Positions 37,178-43,424 of a DNA stretch of 43,424 nucleotides are shown here, in pieces. A program made the position numbers and the translations under genes. The DNA comes from Candidatus Micrarchaeia archaeon (GTDB lineage: Archaea; Micrarchaeota; Micrarchaeia; Anstonellales; Bilamarchaeaceae), in NCBI GenBank assembly GCA_046538155.1, contig JBKHJL010000004.1:1-43424 (forward strand), in the 5' to 3' direction. The notes under the pieces were generated by a model that saw only the letters and a program-made list of their open reading frames with translations, was not told where the DNA came from and made no database searches. Each line of letters opens with the position of its first letter. Positions within the stretch are counted from its first letter, which is position 1.

Positions 37178-37374
37178 GAAAACCCCTGTTCTACAGAAGT
37201 AGACCCACAAAACTCAGATGTTGAGCTCTGCTCAACAGAAGAAACCGAATCGTGAACTCTGTTCACGAGAAGAAAACGAAGTTTTCTCAGAGGTTTCTCA
37301 GAACACAGAACTGGAAACACAGGAGAAGGATGATATGCCGATAAACCTTTTTCTTTGGGGGAAGCCCTCAGCAA
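37178..37374. repeat. 197-bp hairpin-rich direct repeat, copy 2
   Basis: Matches copy 1; ends 72 bp from the tRNA-Lys 3' end. Confidence 0.97.
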
Positions 37375-37445
37375 ATACGGCCTACAAAATAGAGGGGGAG
37401 TAGGTTCCACTAGGCGAGGGGGACGCTTTCCCCTTGCCTGCTATA

Positions 37446-37520
37446 CGGGCCTGAAGGGATTCGAACCCTCGACACCCGGATTAAGAGTCCGGTGCTCTAA
37501 CCAAGCTGAGCTACAGGCCC
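37446..37520 (-). tRNA. tRNA-Lys(CTT)
   Basis: Reverse complement reads GGGCCTGTAGCTCAG...CCGGA-CTCTTAA-TCCGG...GGTTCGAATCCC...CAGGCCCG. Confidence 0.97.
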
Positions 37521-37690
37521 AAACAGTTTGTAGCCGACACAAACACCGGTTACGAACTGGTTCCAGACACTCCTGAAGTGCAGGCGCCGAAGGCGGCCAT
37601 TTCTGCGCTTCAGGGTGGCTGACGATTTACCCAATACCTTGAGTAAAATGTGAGACCATTAATGGAGAAAAAGAAATAAAAAGGGTGGCA

Positions 37691-38833
37691 CTATTGAGAA
37701 ACAGGAGTTCCGTTCTCAACTTTTACCATCCTGAAAGAAGCCACCCTGTCTCCATTCTCAAAGGAAAGTGTTGCACCCATGCCTGCCCAGGTCTCAAGGT
37801 TCAGCCAATACTGCTGCAGGTCTTCAGCAGTTGCCCTATAATAGTAGAACTGCTCTGCCTGGTCCAGCAGGTAGAGGGCATTCCTTGCGTCCGCCACTAA
37901 AACCGGGTTGGAAGGGGTGCCGTACCTGGAGGCATAGCTGTTCATGAAATATGAAGCAGCCGGGTCAGTCTCATCAAACTCAGGAAGTATTCCATAAACA
38001 CCTTCAGCATTCTCTCCCATTGCAGATACTGCGGAGGAGGAAACAAGGTCTTCGTCCCCTATTACTTCAGAATTTATACCTCCTTCCCTCAGTTTGTTGA
38101 TTATTTCTGCAGCAACACTCCCATCAGAAGTAAATACCAGCACAACTTCAGGCTGGTAGCCCTTGATGATGGATACCTTGGATTCAAAGTTGTCCCCATA
38201 CTGCTGTGCAGGCTGGGTAGAAAGGCCCGGTTTTTTTGCCGCCGCATCAAAGTATTCAACCTTCTTCTGTGCATCTGCAGTGCCATCAGTAATGGTCATC
38301 GTCCTCATAAGGCCCTGGTCCAGGCAGAACTGGGCAAGCTCCTCGCCTATAAGCTCGGGTGAGCCTGCAAAGTTCATCGCATAATCGTTGTCTGAGTTTC
38401 CTGTTGCCAGGGTAATCAGCACAACCCCATTGCCGCCAAGAAGGGGAATCATGCCGTCAACTTCTTCAGGGCAGACACCTCCGATTACTGCGGTAATGTC
38501 GCCCCTGTCAATAAAGGTCTGCAGTGCGGAAGCTGCGCCTCCTGAAGTGCACTGCCCGTCAGCAGAAACAATTTCATAAACATACTCATCGGTGGAGAGC
38601 TCAGAAGCCGCAAGTTCAAGTGCATTCAGGGCCTCGTTGCCCTTTGCCGAACTATTTCCGGAAAGTGGCCCAACGTACCCCACGCTTATGACTTCGGGTT
38701 CGGGTTCCGGCTCGGGCTCGGGTTCCGGCTCGGGTTCCGGCTCGGGCTCAGGCTCAACCTGAACCTGCTCTTCCTGGGGGCACCCTGCCACCAGGAGCAT
38801 TCCAATCAAAAACAAAGCAAGCATCCAGCGCAT
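37691..38833 (-). CDS. ABC-type branched-chain amino acid (LivK-like) substrate-binding lipoprotein
   Basis: LVAGC lipobox, VGYVGPLSG, DGQC and AVIGGVC. Confidence 0.88.
   Translation of the reverse strand: MRWMLALFLIGMLLVAGCPQEEQVQVEPEPEPEPEPEPEPEPEPEPEVISVGYVGPLSGNSSAKGNEALNALELAASELSTDEYVYEIVSADGQCTSGGAASALQTFIDRGDITAVIGGVCPEEVDGMIPLLGGNGVVLITLATGNSDNDYAMNFAGSPELIGEELAQFCLDQGLMRTMTITDGTADAQKKVEYFDAAAKKPGLSTQPAQQYGDNFESKVSIIKGYQPEVVLVFTSDGSVAAEIINKLREGGINSEVIGDEDLVSSSAVSAMGENAEGVYGILPEFDETDPAASYFMNSYASRYGTPSNPVLVADARNALYLLDQAEQFYYYRATAEDLQQYWLNLETWAGMGATLSFENGDRVASFRMVKVENGTPVSQ
38693..38755 (-). repeat. (Glu-Pro)10 coding repeat linker
   Basis: 6-bp-period GARCCN repeat with mixed codons. 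Confidence 0.9.
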
Positions 38834-38837
38834 TCAT

Positions 38838-40229
38838 TCACCTCAATTTCCATTTTGGTCCTTCTTCTGTATCTTCAAGCAATATGCCCATCCGGGCCAG
38901 CTTATCCCTTATTTCATCCGCCAGCTTGAAATTCTTTTCCTTTCTTGCTGTCTCTCTTTTCTGGATAAGGGATTCGATTTCCTTTTCTTTTTCCGGGCTG
39001 AGTTTCTTTTCCTCTTTTTCAAGCCCGAGTATCCACATCATCTTCCCAAAGTCCTTTTTCGCCTCTGCAATGGCAGGATAATCCTGTTCTTCCTTCCTCA
39101 TCTCTGAAAAGCACTCTGTCATTATCCCAAACATGTGGGAGAGTGCAGTGGGAGTATCAAAATCATTGTCCATTGCCCTGTAGAACCCGTCTGTTTCCCC
39201 CTGCAGCTTCTTTCGGAGTTCCCCATTCTCGGTTCCTCCGGATTCCGGCAGTTCCCCTGCGTGCTCCAGGAAATTGAACATCCTTTCCGCTGTGGTCTGG
39301 GAAGAAGAGATGTTTTCCTCGCTGTAATCCACCGGGCTCCGGTAATGGCTATGGAGAAGGAAGAGCCGCAGGGCATAGGGCGGGTACTTTTCCAGAATGT
39401 CTTTGAGTATTATGAAGTTGCCCAGGGACTTAGACATCTTTTCCCCTTTTACAGTGAGGAAACCCGTGTGCATCCAGTACTTTGCAAACCGGTGGCCAAG
39501 GGCGCTTTCTGCCTGGGCAATCTCATTTTCATGATGGGGAAATGCAAGGTCCCTTCCCCCACCATGTATGTCCAGTTCCCTCCCGTTTGTGTACTTCATG
39601 CTCATTGCAGAACATTCTATGTGCCACCCTGGCCTTCCTTCCCCCCAGGGGCTGTCAAAAGTAAGAACATCCGGGCCTTTTTTCCAGAGGGCAAAATCCG
39701 CAGGGTCCTTTTTAGTTTCCTCTACGCCACATCTTGCCCCGGTTTTATGTTCCTCAATCTTCTGGCCGGAAAGCTTCCCGTAATCAGGAAATGAGGAAAC
39801 TGAGTAATAGACTCCGGTTTCAGTTTCGTATGCATGCCCGTTTTCAATAAGCTTTTCAATCATTTCAATGATTTCCGGGATGTGGTCGCTTACCTTTGGG
39901 TAGTGGTCTGCGGGCAGGATGTTAAGGCGCTTGAATTCCTCCAAGGCTTCCATATGGAATTTTTCCGAGAGTTCAAGCGGAGATTTCCCTGTTTCCTTTG
40001 AGCGGTTGAAAATCTTGTCTTCCACATCAGTTATGTTCTGGATATGGAGCACATCATAATTCTTATGGAGAAAATATCTCTTTACCATGTCCATGGAGAT
40101 ATATGTTCGCGCATGGCCGAGGTGTGCATGGTCATAAGGAGTAAGTCCGCACACATACAAATAGAGCTTTCCATCTTCTATGGGTTTGAATTCTTCTGCC
40201 TGCCTTGAGAGAGTATTATAGATTTTCAC
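38838..40229 (-). CDS. cysS: Cysteinyl-tRNA synthetase
   Basis: Motifs CGLTPYD, HLGH, GRPGWHIECS, FPHHENE and KMSKSLGN. Confidence 0.97.
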   Translation of the reverse strand: MKIYNTLSRQAEEFKPIEDGKLYLYVCGLTPYDHAHLGHARTYISMDMVKRYFLHKNYDVLHIQNITDVEDKIFNRSKETGKSPLELSEKFHMEALEEFKRLNILPADHYPKVSDHIPEIIEMIEKLIENGHAYETETGVYYSVSSFPDYGKLSGQKIEEHKTGARCGVEETKKDPADFALWKKGPDVLTFDSPWGEGRPGWHIECSAMSMKYTNGRELDIHGGGRDLAFPHHENEIAQAESALGHRFAKYWMHTGFLTVKGEKMSKSLGNFIILKDILEKYPPYALRLFLLHSHYRSPVDYSEENISSSQTTAERMFNFLEHAGELPESGGTENGELRKKLQGETDGFYRAMDNDFDTPTALSHMFGIMTECFSEMRKEEQDYPAIAEAKKDFGKMMWILGLEKEEKKLSPEKEKEIESLIQKRETARKEKNFKLADEIRDKLARMGILLEDTEEGPKWKLR

Positions 40230-40275
40230 AAACCTATGATTGGAAAAAAGGCTATAAAAAAGAAAGGGTTAATGG

Positions 40276-42465
40276 CTAGAGCGCCAGCTTTGGGTTTTCT
40301 TCAAGATAGGCATCAACTGAAGACTCGATTTCCCGAACAGTGGGCTCCTCCCTGTCTTCAAACTTCTCTTTTATGAAACCTAACACCTTTCTCAGTCCAT
40401 TGTCTTTATTTTTGTCCAGATTTACAGAAGTCCATATCTTGTAGAGCACCTCCCCTCTCTGTTTTGGAGTCAGGTGGGACAGTTGGTCTGAGCGGGTAAT
40501 CGTTTCAAGAAGAGGTATCAATAGAGTTATCTCCCTGTTTCCCAGTGTTCTTCTTTCACTTTGCCAGGCATTGGTAAAGCTTACCAGGCTCTTAACAGCC
40601 TCCTCATATATGTGTTGGGGGAACTGCCTCAGGTTTGCACTAATCCTTTGTGCCGTGCGGCCTTCAGTAAGAATTTCCGAAAGGCGGGAATCTGTGGAGT
40701 TTTTCCAATCGTCATGAGCCCACCCCCTCTTTGAAAATGCATGGCGCTCAATTGCGAGACGCATTTCCTCCCTGGTCATGCCTGGCTGCAAGGTTGGAGC
40801 GATCGCTTCTTCAGCATCTGCAAAATGCTTAGGCTTGTAAACAAACCGGGCCCTGGCGAGTATGTTTCCTGCAGTCTGAACATCAAATCCTTTTTTTAGC
40901 ATCCTTGTAAGGAATTCAACATCTTCCTGGTAATTCTCCGGAATCCCTGGCGTGCCCCGGGAAGAATAAAATTCAGCAAGCACGCCTGCAATCCCCGTCT
41001 GATTTTCCCTGGAAAGGGGAACCTCTTCGCGGCCTTCCTTTACCCTGACCCTCCTTATTGTGCTGCACAGGGACTTGAGTTTTTCATCATTTCTATCAAA
41101 TCCAGCCTCCACGAACGAAACAAAGGGTTTCCCAAGCCAGGCTTCAGTCATTGTGAATTCTGCCGGGGGGTTCTCAAAAAATGCATCCACATCTTCTGCC
41201 GTTTTTGCTTCCTTTGCAAGCTCTTTTGCAAAATCGTTGGATTGTGAAGGAGATACAAACCGGAGGATGTTGTAGACAGCCATGCCGATTTTTTCTTTGG
41301 GTATTTTTCCAGAAAGGGGGTGAAGGTCATTAAACACCGAAACCATCTTCCTTAACTCAGGCTCTTTGAAAAAATCCTCTGGAATGGTTGCAATTACAGA
41401 AGCAGCACTGGCTCTTTGCTCTTCCGGGATACCCTCCTCATCCATCAAATCCAGGATTTTATGCCGGTGGTGTCTTATATACGCCTTCTTGTATAGGATA
41501 TCTTCTGCAGGCCCTCTCTCTTTCCTGCCCTTTGCAGAGGCAGTAATACTCGGCTTTTTCCCTTCCAGCTGTTTTTCCTCTTCAGAAGAAGAGAGAACAT
41601 ATGCTGCAAGAAGAATGGCCAGAGGTATAACCCTGTATCTTTTATAGCGTAAATGACGGGTCATGCCCGGTCGCTTGTCCATTTCAGCTCCCAATGCCTC
41701 AATCATGGCATCCCGGGCTGCACGGTCAACAGGGTGCCGCACAGTAGCTGCAGCACTATATGCCCTGACCACTGCCGTCCTCGCTTCAGGGCAAACCAGG
41801 TTGTTAACCGTCCATTTCACCCCCCTCCCTGCCTTCGCCATAAAGCCTTTCGGCAGTGGTTTAGGAGGCCTGAAAAATTTATGCACAATTTCATTTTTAG
41901 ATGCAAAATTAATCATCTCAACATCTGCTTTGCTGAGCCCCCCTTCTCTAACATCCAGTATTACTCTTATTTCATCATCAGCAAGACCGATTTTCTTGCT
42001 GTTCAAAAGCTTTTTCAGGTCCCCTTGGCCATCCTGGAGCTCCTTCATTATCTCTGGTAATTTTTCTTTAACTCCTGCTTCTCCAATCCTCCTTTTCAGA
42101 TTAATAAAAGACCTGGCAATCCTGCGGGTTAATGCCTCGCCTATGGCCTTTCCTATCTTCTCGCTGGTGCGCCTTAGAATTTCGTTTTCAATTTCAAGCT
42201 GTGAAAGTTTCTTTACCCGACCTGCCTTGCCCCAGTTTTCAAAGGCGGTAAGTGTTCTGTCCATTGTTTCATTGTAAAGAGTAAAGAATTCTTTTGTCGT
42301 CATTCTGCTCTTGAGGTCACTGTTCAGGGTTTCTGCCGCGCCCTCCAGCAGTTTCTCTGTGTTTTGATTAAGCTTTTCTGCACTTACTTGTGTTTTTACT
42401 GGCGTTCCCCCTGGTCCGGGCCTGTTTTCCTGAGGGGCTCTCAACATGCCTTTATTAGCACACAT
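40276..42465 (-). CDS. Large hypothetical protein with one central TM segment
   Basis: 729-aa ORF; hydrophobic VIPLAILLAAYVL near residue 280; helical and charged elsewhere. Confidence 0.8.
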   Translation of the reverse strand: MCANKGMLRAPQENRPGPGGTPVKTQVSAEKLNQNTEKLLEGAAETLNSDLKSRMTTKEFFTLYNETMDRTLTAFENWGKAGRVKKLSQLEIENEILRRTSEKIGKAIGEALTRRIARSFINLKRRIGEAGVKEKLPEIMKELQDGQGDLKKLLNSKKIGLADDEIRVILDVREGGLSKADVEMINFASKNEIVHKFFRPPKPLPKGFMAKAGRGVKWTVNNLVCPEARTAVVRAYSAAATVRHPVDRAARDAMIEALGAEMDKRPGMTRHLRYKRYRVIPLAILLAAYVLSSSEEEKQLEGKKPSITASAKGRKERGPAEDILYKKAYIRHHRHKILDLMDEEGIPEEQRASAASVIATIPEDFFKEPELRKMVSVFNDLHPLSGKIPKEKIGMAVYNILRFVSPSQSNDFAKELAKEAKTAEDVDAFFENPPAEFTMTEAWLGKPFVSFVEAGFDRNDEKLKSLCSTIRRVRVKEGREEVPLSRENQTGIAGVLAEFYSSRGTPGIPENYQEDVEFLTRMLKKGFDVQTAGNILARARFVYKPKHFADAEEAIAPTLQPGMTREEMRLAIERHAFSKRGWAHDDWKNSTDSRLSEILTEGRTAQRISANLRQFPQHIYEEAVKSLVSFTNAWQSERRTLGNREITLLIPLLETITRSDQLSHLTPKQRGEVLYKIWTSVNLDKNKDNGLRKVLGFIKEKFEDREEPTVREIESSVDAYLEENPKLAL

Positions 42466-42512
42466 AACTTCACCATCGTATATATTTTACCTCATTGCAA
42501 ATTTATAAATAC

Positions 42513-43424
42513 TTACCTGCCTCCGAGAGATTGCATGAGCATGAAATTGGACTGCAGGGTTGCATCAAGCATCAGTGCAACTGAAGATGAAGCATCCGTA
42601 TCTCCCAGATCCTTCATTCCGGAAAGAAGGGCCCAGCCTCTCACGCTTGTCCTCTGCCTTGCAGGGAGAGCTTCCACTTCTGCAAGGAATTCCCTGGTTG
42701 CTGAGGCAGACCATGCAGGGCCTTTTTTTAGCTGAAGCGAAGCAAATATTCCTGCGGTGCTGCACACAAAAAGGTCCAAAAGCCCGCCCTGCCACTCTGG
42801 TGCGGCCTGTTTCCTGTTCTGTGTATATCTCTTTTTGAAATAATCCGGGCCTTTGTTATAAACCACATATGCAGCTTCTGCAAGGGAATCAATCGGCATT
42901 TGGGGGAAGGGAGGTGATTCCAGCCCCTCCAGGGCATTGCGCAAATCAACCGCAAATTTTTCCACTGATGAAGCAGATGCGCGTTTTTTTGACATGAGCA
43001 GGGCAATGGCGCAGGAAATCCTGAGCCGCTTTTCTGCTTCATTTCTTTTTTTTATGGGGCTGTAGGTTTTCATGTCAATTTTTTCAAATACATCAAGTAT
43101 CCTGGAATACTTTAAATCCGGGACCCCGAAGGACTCTCTCATTGCTGCGGAACTGTCGCTTTTGCTGAATAGAGAATTTATGAAATCTGCTTCAGAGGGG
43201 GTCAGGTACTTTTCCAGCCTTCCGGAAAGCAGCCTTTCCCTCTCATTTGAATATTCTGTGTAAATTGAGGCGCCCACAAGTACCGGAACAGAGGCCCTGG
43301 AAAGCACTGTTGCAGGCTCAAACAACGGCTCAACCCTTTTCCAGGCACGCCTGAAATTTACTGTGCCCCTCACCGGGAAATTCTCTCTTGCAATTCTGGG
43401 GTGTTTTTTAGGCTCAGTTTTCTG
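42513..43424 (-). CDS. Hypothetical protein, 5' end outside the window
   Basis: The frame stays open from the track start (43373) to the window edge; one hydrophobic segment. Confidence 0.7.
   Translation of the reverse strand, partial: QKTEPKKHPRIARENFPVRGTVNFRRAWKRVEPLFEPATVLSRASVPVLVGASIYTEYSNERERLLSGRLEKYLTPSEADFINSLFSKSDSSAAMRESFGVPDLKYSRILDVFEKIDMKTYSPIKKRNEAEKRLRISCAIALLMSKKRASASSVEKFAVDLRNALEGLESPPFPQMPIDSLAEAAYVVYNKGPDYFKKRYTQNRKQAAPEWQGGLLDLFVCSTAGIFASLQLKKGPAWSASATREFLAEVEALPARQRTSVRGWALLSGMKDLGDTDASSSVALMLDATLQSNFMLMQSLGGR

Noticed and set aside
36019..37410. ORFs 36019-36405, 37108-37410 and 37218-37403 across the 197-bp repeat
   Set aside because: They diverge outside the repeat, one overlaps traB, and the plus-strand reading needs a frameshift. 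The ELCS-like peptides are simply translations of the palindromes.
37374..37520. Classical tRNA-targeted integrative element at tRNA-Lys
   Set aside because: No duplicated tRNA 3' fragment and no integrase were found.
37591..37620. GGCGGCCAT resembling a 5S rRNA 5' end
   Set aside because: The similarity stops after about 9 nt and no other 5S motifs follow.
38693..38755. EP repeat as a phase-variable tract
   Set aside because: The 6-bp units are in frame with mixed codons, consistent with an ordinary lipoprotein spacer.

Overview
This is a gene-dense archaeal chromosome window, most likely from a DPANN Micrarchaeota-like organism. That placement is inferred from BHB-type tRNA introns, an A1-U72 initiator tRNA, RNase P Pop5, the AMP phosphorylase plus ribose-1,5-bisphosphate isomerase pair and many lineage-type orphans. 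Recognisable genes include purM, purH, purE, a feoABC operon with a divergent DtxR/MntR regulator, lemA-htpX, trmI, a class II HMG-CoA reductase, a GlcNAc-1-P transferase, rtcA, a TraB-family gene and cysS. There are five tRNAs: Tyr with a 22-nt intron, Asp, Ala with an 87-nt intron, initiator Met and Lys. The most striking structure is two small toxin-antitoxin-type cassettes, each bracketed by a long near-perfect direct repeat, with no recombinase in the window. The first is ACT + MNT/HEPN between two 140-bp copies of the purM 3' end, plus a relic of an earlier insertion. The second is a RelE-like toxin with an unnamed wHTH partner between two 197-bp non-coding repeats next to tRNA-Lys. Those 197-bp repeats contain an array of short hairpins with compensatory base changes. 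All family assignments come from motif recognition by eye; no database search was run.
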